DNA from: Armatimonadota bacterium
GTDB lineage: Bacteria > Armatimonadota > HRBIN16
Assembly: GCA_963677485.1 (NCBI GenBank)
Contig: OY781964.1
Span: 704,001 to 768,000 of the forward strand
Direction of reading: 5' to 3'
DNA: 64,000 bases
The translations under genes and the position numbers were made by a program. Shown here piece after piece: positions 40,852-53,800 of this stretch. Under the pieces are notes generated by a model, which did not search any database, was not told where the DNA came from, and worked only from the letters and a program-made list of their open reading frames with translations. The first letter of the stretch is position 1, and the number at the start of each line of letters is the position of its first letter.

Positions 40852-41183
40852 CCTTGTCCCCCTGCTCGTCAGTATCATCGTTGATCTTTCGGTGCTCCTC
40901 ATCCACCCAATGCCAGGCCGATAGACAGCCGACTACCACACCTGCCGCCAGCAGCATCAGCGTCCACGAGTGTGGCCCCGGATGATGCGTATCAATCCAT
41001 ATTCCGAGGGCGGCACCTCCCAGAGTCGGTATCACCACCGACCAGCCGATCAGCCCCATCATGCCCAAGCCAAACCAGATGTCACGCGATTGGCGGCGTT
41101 TGGCCTTCACCTTACGCTGTGCTTTCGCACCGATCTCACGGCTGAACTCATCAGAGCCCGTCTCATTCTTGTTGCCCGGCTTG

Positions 41184-41191
<8 letters not shown>
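40844..41191 (-). CDS. atpQ: N-ATPase AtpQ (AtpZ/AtpI family)
   Basis: WFGLGMMGLIGWSVVIPTL, GIWID. Confidence 0.85.
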
Positions 41192-43047
<1,856 letters not shown>

Positions 43048-43051
43048 CTAA

Positions 43052-43966
43052 CTACACACCCTTCTTAACTCGCGGCGACACAGGCGCCGCCGGTGCTGTA
43101 TGCCATTCCGCTTGTGCCGCACAAAGGCAAGCGCCCATGATCAGAATGCATCCTGACAGAAAAATCCACATCAACAACGCGATTATCCCGCCGAATGCCC
43201 CATAAATCGCATTGAACGTGGCATAATCGCGGAGGTAGATCACGAATAGGCTCTCAGACGCCTGCAAAAACAGGGTGGCAAACAGCGCCGCAACCCATAC
43301 TTCACCAAATCGTGTAGGACGGCGCGGAGCGAGTTTATAGAACAGGCTCAGACCGGTAAATACCATGAGAATGGGGATTAATGTGCTCACGGCAGAGTAG
43401 ACGAGTGAACCAAAACCACTGGCCGGAAACAGCCCATCCTTCGCCATTTTGGTCAGCACCGGTATAGCTATACCGAATAGAACTGCGCTCACCATGATGG
43501 CTAAAAACACCAGGCTTTTGAGCGGCAACCGCCACCAACTATATGCATCAGCTCCCCAAGCGCGATTTGTGGCACGGATCAGCGTTGTGAAGAAGCCCAT
43601 AGAGCCCCACGCGAGGATAATAAACGCCAGGAGACCCGCCTTCCCTCGCGTCTTGACCACTCCCGCGATGGTGTCAAAAATGTATCGCTGGTTATCACCC
43701 CCGATCGGAACATAGCTCTCTACGTAGGAAATGATCTCCGTTCCGGCGCGATCGCGATTGATAAAGATGGAGGCTATTGTGACGAAGAGGATGATGAGTG
43801 GGAACAACGAAAAGAACGCATAGTGCGCGAAAGCCGCAGCCCACTGCGTGCCGTCGATCAGCGCGAACTTCTTAACCGCAAGACATAGTATCGTCCAGAC
43901 GCGGTTCGCTTCCCGGCTAAGCCTGTGAGGATTGACGGGTAGCTTATCGAGCTGCATTTGTATCAT
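43052..43966 (-). CDS. YihY/virulence factor BrkB family membrane protein
   Basis: AAAFAHYAFFSLFP, YGAFGGIIALLMWIFLS. Confidence 0.9.
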   Translation of the reverse strand: MIQMQLDKLPVNPHRLSREANRVWTILCLAVKKFALIDGTQWAAAFAHYAFFSLFPLIILFVTIASIFINRDRAGTEIISYVESYVPIGGDNQRYIFDTIAGVVKTRGKAGLLAFIILAWGSMGFFTTLIRATNRAWGADAYSWWRLPLKSLVFLAIMVSAVLFGIAIPVLTKMAKDGLFPASGFGSLVYSAVSTLIPILMVFTGLSLFYKLAPRRPTRFGEVWVAALFATLFLQASESLFVIYLRDYATFNAIYGAFGGIIALLMWIFLSGCILIMGACLCAAQAEWHTAPAAPVSPRVKKGV

Positions 43967-44194
43967 GTTGGCATGAGCCAGAAGATAATTCTCAGGTGAC
44001 GGTTCATGAAAACATATCTCCTATCACAGGCGTGCTTAAAGATTCACAGGCACCTGCCATTGAAAACAGCAATGCTGGTGTATATCTTTCTGAGTATACC
44101 CGCTTTAGGAATGTCTTTGTGAAGCGTCATAACCTGGTTAATATGCCATCCGGCCTATCTATGTTATATGGCCGGCCTGTCAGTAACCCTTTAT

Positions 44195-44359
44195 TGGCTA
44201 TGTCCGGGGCGGTCTGTCATTACGCCTGCGGAGGCCACTGTAATAGACCGCGCCGGTCTGGGACCTGACACAAATCTATCCAGGCTATCCGCCAGACCGG
44301 CGCGGTCTTGAGCCTTCTGCATCCGCTAGCCTGCGCACAGACCGCCCCGGACATAGGCA
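44195..44359. repeat. Inverted pair of family-B repeats
   Basis: Copies at 44195-44262 and 44283-44359 in opposite orientation. Confidence 0.85.
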
Positions 44360-44398
44360 ACTTAGTTACTCACAAGGGTGATTGATGTATGGTTAACG

Positions 44399-45043
44399 CT
44401 AACCACCGAGCGTCACGTCCTGCTTTGAATACCATTCTATTGCCTGGGTGAAGTGATTGGGCTTGAAATCAGGCCAGAGGTCATCGACTATGTAAATATC
44501 GGCATATACAGATTGCACCGGTAGAAACCCGCTCAACCTGTTCCAACCGCCCCAGCGAATAATCAAGTCTATCCTCGAAACATCAGCAGATCGAAGGTTA
44601 GGAATCACTCCTGTTTGTTTGGGATCGGCTGTTCGCAGGTTGTTCAAATCCCATTCCCACCCATAGTTCACCAGGAAATTGACTTTAATGCCGCCGTTGC
44701 CAAATCTCTGGCGTTGACCGGTATAAGGAAGAAGCTCACTGGGAAACGTCCGGGAGTCGGTATTACCCACGACCAGTAAATCCGCATCCTCTTTAGAAAG
44801 CATCTCAACACCCTGAATACAAGCTGCGATGAACGCATTCCGTTGTATCAACGGCCTTTTGGTATTCTCCATGGTGTACCCATAATAGGTCACCTCTTGA
44901 ATTCCGGCGTCCTGCATCAGCTTGAAAAGCGTATAGCCTGGATCTAGCCCTTGGACCCATCCTTCTGCTTTCGGTATGCCCTTCGATGCGGCCCACCTTC
45001 TGCTTCCGTCAGGAATAATACCAATATGTCTTGGTAACCGCAT
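44399..45043 (-). CDS. cis-prenyltransferase / undecaprenyl diphosphate synthase family protein (short form)
   Basis: PRHIGIIPDGSRRWA, ENTKRP, DLIIRWGG, RLSGFLP. Confidence 0.85.
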   Translation of the reverse strand: MRLPRHIGIIPDGSRRWAASKGIPKAEGWVQGLDPGYTLFKLMQDAGIQEVTYYGYTMENTKRPLIQRNAFIAACIQGVEMLSKEDADLLVVGNTDSRTFPSELLPYTGQRQRFGNGGIKVNFLVNYGWEWDLNNLRTADPKQTGVIPNLRSADVSRIDLIIRWGGWNRLSGFLPVQSVYADIYIVDDLWPDFKPNHFTQAIEWYSKQDVTLGG

Positions 45044-45417
45044 ATATATGACACCTCTATATTCGTTAAAATGAGCCGTTCCCTAAGAAATCAACATCTT
45101 ATTAGCCTATGCACAGTTTACCTAAAATCTAATCTGGCTATTCAAAGTCGTTAGCCTAGTATTATTGGTAGAAGCCTAAGGCATGTTGAATACGATCACA
45201 TGGTTGGCTCACTCTTCCGAAAGCACACGCAGATAACAAGGCAGCGATGAGAAACATGAAGAAGGCTGTATAGACTTTGCTCTGTCCATACAGCCTTCTT
45301 GATGGATCACATTGCGATACACGAACCACGAGTGCTACGGCTCGGAATGTTAGGCCAGTGTCCGTGCAGAAGAACCAGCTCATCCTGCCAGTTTTTGCAA
45401 TACATCCCCATCGGCAG

Positions 45418-45567
45418 CTAGAGTGTGGTTTTTCTGCCAGTCAGTAAATTGACCACCAGTACGATCACCGCAAGCACCAATACTAGATGAATGAGGCTGC
45501 CGCCGATGCCGCCAAGCAAACCAAGCAGCCACAGCACCACCAGAATCACGAATATCGTCCATATCAT
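45418..45567 (-). CDS. Small lmo0937-like (DUF5670) membrane protein
   Basis: MIWTIFVILVVLWLLG...GGSLIHLVLVLAVIV; AGGAG RBS. Confidence 0.8.
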   Translation of the reverse strand: MIWTIFVILVVLWLLGLLGGIGGSLIHLVLVLAVIVLVVNLLTGRKTTL

Positions 45568-45708
45568 GGTTATTTCTCCTACAGCACCGATCATCAGATC
45601 GGTGTATCGTATCTGCTCCATACCTTTGTGATCCAGGCTAATGCAAGCCTCGACCCGGTACGCTCAGGATCATTTTTGGGTCATCGGTTGCCAGATATGG
45701 TTACATTA

Positions 45709-46116
45709 TCAGTGACCATACCATTTCATCTGCCACTCCTTCATCTGGGCAATTTCCTTCTGCTGAGCAGCGATGATATCACGTGCCATTTGCTTGATCT
45801 CCGGCCATGTGGCTTTCTCAAGCGCATCCTTTGCCATCATGATAGCCGCTTCGTGATGGGGTATCATCAGCGATATGAAACGATTATCATAGTTTGCGTC
45901 TTTCTCGCCTAACTCCTTCATCATCATGGCATCCATCATAGGTCTGTCCTTCTTTGAATCGCCACTCATCATCATGCCGCCGTCGTTTGCCATCCCTGAA
46001 CCCATAGGCTTCACAGGTGCTGTTGTTCCTTGTTGTTTTGCACATCCCACGAGAATGAGGGCTGCGATAACGCTCACCGCGGCCATCGACAAAACCAGGT
46101 ATCTTGATCTGATCAT
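45709..46116 (-). CDS. DUF305 (ferritin-like, Met-rich) lipoprotein
   Basis: Lipobox LVGC; FISLMIPHHEAAIMMA, IIAAQQKEIAQM. Confidence 0.85.
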   Translation of the reverse strand: MIRSRYLVLSMAAVSVIAALILVGCAKQQGTTAPVKPMGSGMANDGGMMMSGDSKKDRPMMDAMMMKELGEKDANYDNRFISLMIPHHEAAIMMAKDALEKATWPEIKQMARDIIAAQQKEIAQMKEWQMKWYGH

Positions 46117-46145
46117 TTATCGTTCTCCCTTGTAAGTAACAGGTC

Positions 46146-46171
46146 GTAGGCTGCCGTGCCAGCACGGGTAG
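46146..46171. repeat. Solo copy of the REP flank motif
   Basis: TAGGCTGCCGTGCCAGCACGGG also occurs in the 2385-2514 (reverse complement) and 50639-50806 elements. Confidence 0.7.
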
Positions 46172-46185
46172 GTGTTTGTATGGAA

Positions 46186-46692
46186 CTACAGTAGTGGCTT
46201 CCCACTAGTTTTTGGCCGGGCCTTGATATAGGGTAAGCCGACTTGTAAGGCGGCCGCTGCAAGGGATCCAGCTAGTTTTAGTTTGGTACCAAGGCTGTTA
46301 TGTGATTTGAATACATTCGCAAACTGCACCCATGAGAAGACCTTGTCGAGGGAAGCCATTCGGACACTGATGATCTGAGAAATCTCGCTCACGGCTGCTG
46401 TGGTTTCATGAGTATGTCGAAGGGTAGGAATTAGCTCAGTTTGGATGTGATCCAGTAATTCCCCTGTTTGTGCCATGACACCAGGAAGCGTAGCATTGAG
46501 ATCAGTCACCAGTATGTTGGCATTTTTGATAAGTCCACCAGCACCAATGAGGGTAGCCTCCACACGCTCGGTAGTCGCTCGGATTCGAAACTCTGCTGTG
46601 ATCACTAGCAGACGCAGAGATATCAACAACCTAATCATATAGATTAGTGTGACGATGGCCGCGGTAATCAAGATAGCGATGAGAAACTCCAT
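46186..46692 (-). CDS. Hypothetical membrane-anchored coiled-coil protein (DUF948-like)
   Basis: N-terminal TM then an amphipathic helix; GAGGAG RBS. Confidence 0.55.
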   Translation of the reverse strand: MEFLIAILITAAIVTLIYMIRLLISLRLLVITAEFRIRATTERVEATLIGAGGLIKNANILVTDLNATLPGVMAQTGELLDHIQTELIPTLRHTHETTAAVSEISQIISVRMASLDKVFSWVQFANVFKSHNSLGTKLKLAGSLAAAALQVGLPYIKARPKTSGKPLL

Positions 46693-47030
46693 GTCCGTAT
46701 ACTCCTCATTCCTTACTCGGTGTATACCAAGTATGGCATGTTGCGGAGTAAGATAGCAATACGTTTCGTGCTAGTTTATTAACATTTTTGCTGGTAATTC
46801 TACCATATTTAGGCACCATAACAGGCTGGAGCTTTCGTCAACTATACACCATCAGATCCCCACCAGCACGAGTCACGAATGAGGTATAAGTCGTGATTGC
46901 GCTACACACGTTCGTGCCATAAACACCAGATTCACGGAATTTACAAGCCATCCCCCCCAAAGAATGATTTCTGACTTCGCACGGTGAAATTACAATTAGT
47001 ATTGTTTCGAAAACGAAAGGATCGCACCAC

Positions 47031-50000
47031 ATGCTCAACATCATAAAAAGAGCCGTCATCGTCGCAGGTCTTCTTTTTGCAGTCACCGGCTGCTACGCTG
47101 CAGACGCACTGGTGACAGGCTGGCAGAAGCCACCAGGCACCGCTAAACCACGAACCTGGTGGCACTGGATGAACGGCAATATCAGCAAACAAGGAATCAC
47201 CCGCGACCTCGAGGCCATGAAGCACGCAGGCATAGGCGGTGCCACCATATTCCAGGCGGCACTGCAGGAGCCCAAAGGGCCAGTGCCCTTCTTTAGCCCG
47301 GAATGGCACCAAATGATGTTGTTCGCGGCGCAGGAAGCCAAACGGCTTGGCATTGAGCTGAGTATGCACAACAGTGATGGTTGGAGCAGCAGCGGCGGAC
47401 CATGGGTCAAGCCTGAGGATGCCATGAAGATGCAGGTTTTTAGCGAAGTGCATGTCACAGCAGGCTCTGGAGCCGTCAAACTACCTCAACCCTACACGAG
47501 GATCAACACCTATGGTGACATCGCGGTGGTGGCCTTCCCCACGCCGGATGTGGAACGCGCGCAGATATCCGCTGCGAAACTCACCATACCCGGCAGTGAC
47601 ACCCCCATACCCAACGCCGATGTGTTGTGTGATGGTGATGTGAATACCACACTGGACATCGCTGCCAACCGGCCAGACGGCGGCAGTGAGCTGCGTATCG
47701 AGTTCGATCAGCCCACCGAAATCCGGCAGTTCACTCTGCGCCACTGCATGGGTGTGGCCAACTCCGTCACACTGGATGTATCTAAGCCGGATGGTTCCTG
47801 GGAGAACCTGGGCAGCTGGAACAGTAACATGTCCGGAGAGCGGCCAGAGTGGCAAGGATCCTGGCCTGTCAAGCCGACCACAGCCAGGCTCTTCCGAGTG
47901 GTCTTCAACGGTCCCGCTGGAGGACATGCTCGCCCAGGGGAGCTGCAGCTTAATGGCGGAGCCCGAGTGCGCGACATCAACATCAAAACACTCAGTGCCC
48001 ACTCCAATATAGGGGCACAGCGTGAGATCGCCATCGTGAAGCCTGGTTCCGCCATATCGCCCGAAAGCGTGAAAGACATTACGCAGTACATGAAGCCGGA
48101 CGGCAGCCTCGACTGGCATCCCACATCGGGCGACTGGACCGTGATCCGCTTCGGCTGGACCCCGGTCACCGTGACCAACCACCCGGCCACCGCAGAGGGG
48201 GTCGGTCTGGAGGTTGATAAACTCAGCTATCAGGCTGTCACAGACTTCTACAAAGTGGCCGTAGGCACCGTGGTGAAGAACCTCGGTCCTTTAGCTGGCA
48301 CGACGCTGAAGCACATCCTCATCGACAGCTACGAAACAGGTCCACAAAACTGGACCCAGGGTTTTGATGAAATCTTCAAGACTAAAAACAAGTATTCCAT
48401 CATCTCCTGGCTGCCTGTCCTCACGGGACGGTTCGTCAGCAACGATGAGCAGACGGAGCGGTTCCTGTGGGACTTCCGCAAGACCGTCAGCGACCGATGG
48501 GCGGATGTGTATTATGACGCCTTCCGCAAGCTCTGCAACAACGACGGCATGTTGCTTGAGTCAGAGCCTTACGGTGATGGCCCAATCAACTCCGTGCTGG
48601 AAGCCGGGCTCAGCAACATCCCGATGACCGAATACTGGGCTGGCTCTGACGGTTTTGGCGACATCACATACCAGGTAGTCAGTGGAGCGCATGTCACCGG
48701 TCGAAACATCATCGGCGCTGAAGCTTTCACCGGCGGCGGCTGGGAGTATGGCCCGTTTGAGCTTAAGCGGCTGGGTGACTCGCAGTGGTGCGAGGGTGTC
48801 AACCGATACGTCTACCACACCATGGCTCTCCAAGCAGATGAGAAGCTGCCAGGTTGGACACTCGGTTACTTCGGGACGTTCTTTAACCGTCACAACACCT
48901 GGTTCAATCAGACCGCATCTTGGAACCAGTATGTCTCAAGAAGCCAGTACCTGCTGCAACGCGGCGACTTTGTTGCCGATGTGCTGGAGCTAGCAGAGGA
49001 AGGCGCACTCGATGTGACCGACAACATCGGGCTTCCATTCGGCTGGCGTTCTGACCGCATCGTGTCACCTTTCCTTCTGAAGGCAACGGTCAAGAATGGT
49101 CGCATCGTGATGCCAAGCGGGATCAGCTACCGCCTGCTGATGCTGCCCAAGAGCGGACGAATGAGCGTGTCTACGCTGAGCAAGATACAGGAGCTGGTCG
49201 CTGCCGGTGCCACAGTGTTGGGTCTTCCACCCACCGAAACACCCGGTCTTGAGGCCTACCCACAGAGCGATTCCCAGCTTAAGGCGATCGTCCAAAAGTT
49301 ATGGGGCAACACGACTGTCAGCAAAGGCATGGGCAAGCGCAAGCTTGGTGCAGGGCTGGTCATGTGGAACATGAGCATCGTCCAGGCACTGCAGGCGTTG
49401 AAGGTTGGGCCCGATGTGCAGGTGACTGATAACTACAAGAAGGTCAGATATATCCACCGACGAACCGCGGATGCGGATATCTACTTCGTCTGCCACTCCG
49501 GGCAGGAGCCAGTGCAGCTTCAGATCGCCTTCCGCGCCACTGGCCGAATACCCGAGTATTGGTATCCCGATACCGGCAAGATGGAACAAGCCACGCAGTA
49601 CACCAGCACAAGGACTGCCACGACACTGCCCGTGCGAATGGACGGCACGGGATCGGTATTTGTGGTCTTCCGAGACAAATCCAGTAAGCCTGCACCCGTC
49701 AAAACGGTGAAGCAGAGCGTGACCACCAAGAAGCTCAAACTGCCATTGACTGTGCTCTCAGCACAATATGGAGTTCTGAATGACCCCGCCCGATGCATGA
49801 ATGTGACGGCGAAAATCACCAAGATGGTCGTTGACAACAGCCTCGAGTTGATGCCATCTAATGACACTTTCGGCCGCGACCCAGCCTCTATGACCGTCAA
49901 GCAGTTCTCTATCAAGTATAAGCTGGGTGACGAGGTGCTGGAGAAGACATACGCTGAGAACAGCTCGGTACTGATTCAGACATCAGGTCCAAAACGCGAT

Positions 50001-50615
50001 TACGCCTGGGTAGATGCCTCCGGTGCCGACAAGCTCAATCTAGTGGCAACCGAGCCCGGCAGCTACAAGGTGGCGCTTTCCAACGGTAAAACCCGCAGTA
50101 TTGCAGTCAAAGCACTACCATCTATGACCATTGCCTCACCCTGGCAGGTGGCATTCCAGCCGGGCTGGGAAGCCCCCGCCAGCGTGGTGTTTGACAAGCT
50201 GATCGACTGGTCACAAAGCGATGTTCAGGTCATCAAATATTACTCTGGCACGGCGGTCTATACCACCAGCTTTGATGTTGAACAAAACCTTACCGGCTCC
50301 AATCTCGATGTCTACCTGAACCTGGGGCAGGTAAAAATGATGGCTACGGTGAAGATCAACGGCAAGACGCTGGATACCCTCTGGAAGCCACCGTTCCGAT
50401 TGAACGTCACAGGGCTCGTGAAACCCGGTGCCAACTCATTGGAAATCGCCGTCACCAACACCTGGGTCAACCAGTTGATCCGTGACACTCAACGGCCTGC
50501 CGACCAGAAGAAAACATGGCTGACCTGGCAGCCGTATGATGGCTACTCACAACTGCAGTCCAGTGGTTTGATTGGGCCAGTCGTGCTCGAAACCGAAGCC
50601 AGGGTACAGCTCTAG
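47031..50615 (+). CDS. Secreted GH106-like (alpha-L-rhamnosidase-like) glycoside hydrolase, paralogue 1
   Basis: KPRTWWHWMNGNISKQGITRDLEAM, GWSSSGGPW, IDSYE, GAEAFT, LWKPPF, SGLIGPV. Confidence 0.85.
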   Translation: MLNIIKRAVIVAGLLFAVTGCYAADALVTGWQKPPGTAKPRTWWHWMNGNISKQGITRDLEAMKHAGIGGATIFQAALQEPKGPVPFFSPEWHQMMLFAAQEAKRLGIELSMHNSDGWSSSGGPWVKPEDAMKMQVFSEVHVTAGSGAVKLPQPYTRINTYGDIAVVAFPTPDVERAQISAAKLTIPGSDTPIPNADVLCDGDVNTTLDIAANRPDGGSELRIEFDQPTEIRQFTLRHCMGVANSVTLDVSKPDGSWENLGSWNSNMSGERPEWQGSWPVKPTTARLFRVVFNGPAGGHARPGELQLNGGARVRDINIKTLSAHSNIGAQREIAIVKPGSAISPESVKDITQYMKPDGSLDWHPTSGDWTVIRFGWTPVTVTNHPATAEGVGLEVDKLSYQAVTDFYKVAVGTVVKNLGPLAGTTLKHILIDSYETGPQNWTQGFDEIFKTKNKYSIISWLPVLTGRFVSNDEQTERFLWDFRKTVSDRWADVYYDAFRKLCNNDGMLLESEPYGDGPINSVLEAGLSNIPMTEYWAGSDGFGDITYQVVSGAHVTGRNIIGAEAFTGGGWEYGPFELKRLGDSQWCEGVNRYVYHTMALQADEKLPGWTLGYFGTFFNRHNTWFNQTASWNQYVSRSQYLLQRGDFVADVLELAEEGALDVTDNIGLPFGWRSDRIVSPFLLKATVKNGRIVMPSGISYRLLMLPKSGRMSVSTLSKIQELVAAGATVLGLPPTETPGLEAYPQSDSQLKAIVQKLWGNTTVSKGMGKRKLGAGLVMWNMSIVQALQALKVGPDVQVTDNYKKVRYIHRRTADADIYFVCHSGQEPVQLQIAFRATGRIPEYWYPDTGKMEQATQYTSTRTATTLPVRMDGTGSVFVVFRDKSSKPAPVKTVKQSVTTKKLKLPLTVLSAQYGVLNDPARCMNVTAKITKMVVDNSLELMPSNDTFGRDPASMTVKQFSIKYKLGDEVLEKTYAENSSVLIQTSGPKRDYAWVDASGADKLNLVATEPGSYKVALSNGKTRSIAVKALPSMTIASPWQVAFQPGWEAPASVVFDKLIDWSQSDVQVIKYYSGTAVYTTSFDVEQNLTGSNLDVYLNLGQVKMMATVKINGKTLDTLWKPPFRLNVTGLVKPGANSLEIAVTNTWVNQLIRDTQRPADQKKTWLTWQPYDGYSQLQSSGLIGPVVLETEARVQL

Positions 50616-50638
50616 CATCAATTTCTGAGTAACTAGCC

Positions 50639-50806
50639 GTAGGGGCACCCCTTGTGGGCGCCCTAAACAAGCTATCGAACGATCCACGATTAGGGCGCCC
50701 ACAAGGGGCGCCCCTACGACAGTATCAGATTAGGGCGCCTACAAGGAGCGCCCCAACGACCGAATCCGTTACAGTATAGGCTGCCGTGCCAGCACGGGCG
50801 GTTGCT
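50639..50806. repeat. Composite REP element with three REP units plus the conserved flank
   Basis: GTAGGGGCACCCCTTGTGGGCGCCCTA, two inverse TAGGGCGCC.ACAAGG.GCGCCCC.AC units, then ATCCGTTACAGTATAGGCTGCCGTGCCAGCACGGGCGGTTGCT. Confidence 0.85.
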
Positions 50807-50836
50807 TGATACAGATCGATGAAAGGACCCCTCCGT

Positions 50837-53800
50837 ATGCATAAAAATAACAGTAAAGCCGTGATCATTGCCAGTATGCTGATGATGACCACTTGCGCCT
50901 TCGCCGCCGACGCTCTGGTGTCTGGCTGGCAGAAACCGCCCGATACCGCGAAACCACGCACATGGTGGCACTGGATGCACGGCAACATCACCAAGCAGGG
51001 CATTACCCGCGACCTTGAGGCCATGAAGCGCGTAGGGATAGGTGGAGCCACCATCTTTAACGCCTCACTGGCGCCCAAAGGCAAGGTGCTATTCTTTACC
51101 CCCGAATGGCACGAGATGATGGTGTTTGCGGCCAAGGAGGCGAACCGCCTCGGGCTTGAGCTCAGCATGCACAACAGCGAAGGCTGGAGCAGCAGCGGCG
51201 GCCCATGGGTCAAACCTGTAGATGCCATGAAAATGCTGGTGTATTCTGAGACCCGAGTCACGAGTGACACCAGTAAAGTGGCTTTGGCACAGCCCTATAC
51301 ACGCCTGAATACATACGGCGATGTTTCAGTCATCGCATTCCCCACCCCCGCTGCAGAGCAGCACGCGATGCTCCCCTCAGCCGTGCTGACCGTGGCGGGC
51401 AGCAGTGAGCCCCTAAGCAACCCCCAGCGGTTATGGGATGGCGATGTAAAAACCACTGTTCGTATTCCCGCCAGTCAATCTGACGGTGGTAGTGTGCTGG
51501 ATATCGAATTCAAGCAGCCCACCGAGGTTCGCCAGCTCACCTTGGCACAGTGCGTCAACATGTGCGACACCATAACACTGGAGGCCGCCACCGCCTCTGG
51601 CCAGTGGCAGCAGTTGGGTCAGTGGTCGGGCAACATGCTCGGTGACCGCCCCGACTGGCGCGGTTCCTGGCCCTGCACACCTGCGAAGGCCAGCCATTAT
51701 CGCATCATCTTCAAGCGTCCTTCCAATGGGCGAATCGAGCTGGGGGAACTCAGCCTGGATGCCGGGGCACGCGTGCCCAACATCGACACTAAAACATACA
51801 GCGTCCATGCAGGACAACCTGCAGAACGGCAGAAATCAACCGTTCCCGCAGGATCAGCCATTAACCCCGCCAGTGTGATAGACATCACACGCCACATGCA
51901 GGCGGATGGCAACCTCGACTGGCGTCCCACATCCGGTGACTGGACCGTCATCCGGTTTGGCTGGACACCTATCAGCGTGCAGAACCACCCCGCCTCAGAA
52001 GAGGGCATCGGCCTAGAGATCGACAAACTGAACTACGAGGCCGTCTCCGGGTTTTACAAGGTTGCAGTGGGCACCATTGTGAAAAATATGGGGCCACTCG
52101 CCGGCACGACTTTGAAAAACATCCTCATCGACAGCTACGAAACAGGCCCACAAAACTGGACACCAGGTTTTGAAGCTATCTTCAAAGATCACACAAAATA
52201 CTCCATCACAACCTGGATGCCGGCTCTCACTGGCCGTTACGTGGGCAATGACGAACAGACCGAACGGTTCCTGTGGGACTTCCGCAAGACCATCGGTGAC
52301 CGCTGGGCGCAGGTCTACTACGACGCCTTCCGCAAGCTCTGCCATGCCGACGGCATGCTGCTGGAATCGGAGCCTTACGGCGATGGACCCATCAACTCGG
52401 TACTGAATGGTGCCCTGAGCGATGTCCCCATGACCGAATTCTGGGCTGGCACTGACGGCTATGCTGACACCACCTATCAAGTGGCCAGCGGGGCGCACAT
52501 CGGCGGACGACGGGTGATCGGTGCCGAAGCTTTCACAGGAAATGCCGATAGCTGGCAATACGGACCATTTGAGATCAAGCGGCTGGGTGAAACCCAGTGG
52601 TGTCTTGGCGTCAACCGGTATATATTCCACACGACCGCACTGCAATACGACGAGAAACTTCCTGGCATGGCCCTCGGACCACACGGTATGCATTTCGACA
52701 GACACAATACCTGGTTCGAGCAGAGCGCGGTCTGGATGAAATACATCGCCCGCAGCCAGTATCTGCTGCAACAAGGCAACTTCGTGGCCGATGTTCTGCA
52801 TCTGGCCGAAGAAGGAACGATGGAAGGCACCGATGACATAGGACTGCCGTTTGGATGGCGTTCCGACCGCATCGTCGCCCCCTTCCTCATGCGCGCCAGC
52901 GTGAAGAACGGCTTGATCGTTCTGCCAAGCGGCATGAGTTACCGGCTTCTGGTGTTGCCATCCAGTGGACGGCTGAGTGTACCCACACTCCGCAAGATCC
53001 GTGACCTTGTCGACGCGGGTGCTACCATCATGGGTAACCCACCCACTGAGACACCAGGACTGAGTGCATACCCTGGCTGCGATGCACAGCTCAAGTCGAT
53101 TGCCAATAGCCTCTGGGGCGCGAACAGGACCAAACGCAAACTCAACTGGAGCAAAGTAGGTAAAGGGCTCGTTCTAGACACGATGCCTATTCAGCTTGCA
53201 CTTAACCGCATCGGTGTGCTCCCTGACCTCAAGGTACTGAATTCCTACAAACAGGTCAGTTTCATTCATCGCCGCACAGCCAATGCTGACATCTATTTTG
53301 TATGCAACACAGGCGAGGAGCCTGCGCAGTTGCAGATGTCCTTCCGAACAACCGGACGAATCCCTGAACTATGGCACCCCGATAGCGGTAAGACGGAACG
53401 AGCCAGCAGCTATACCAGCAACAAAGAAACGACCACGCTGCCGATCAGGCTGGACGGCACCGGCTCGGTGTTTGTCGTGTTCCGCACCAAGTCAACGGCT
53501 CCTGCCCCTGTCCGCTTGGTGAAGCAAAGCGCATCATCAGCTCCCGCCAAACTGCCGCTCAAAATACTAAGTGCGCAATATGGTGTGTTAGGCGATGATT
53601 CACGCACGATGGATGTCACGCAACTCGTGACAAAGTTGGTCAAAGCCAACAGCCTCGAAATGCTGGCCTCCAACACCACATTTGGCCGTGATCCTGCTGG
53701 CCTCGTGGTGAAGGGGTTCTATATCAAGTACCAACTGGGTAGTGAAATCATCGAAAAGAGTGTCGGTGAAAACACCACCATACTGATCCAGGCTCAAGGA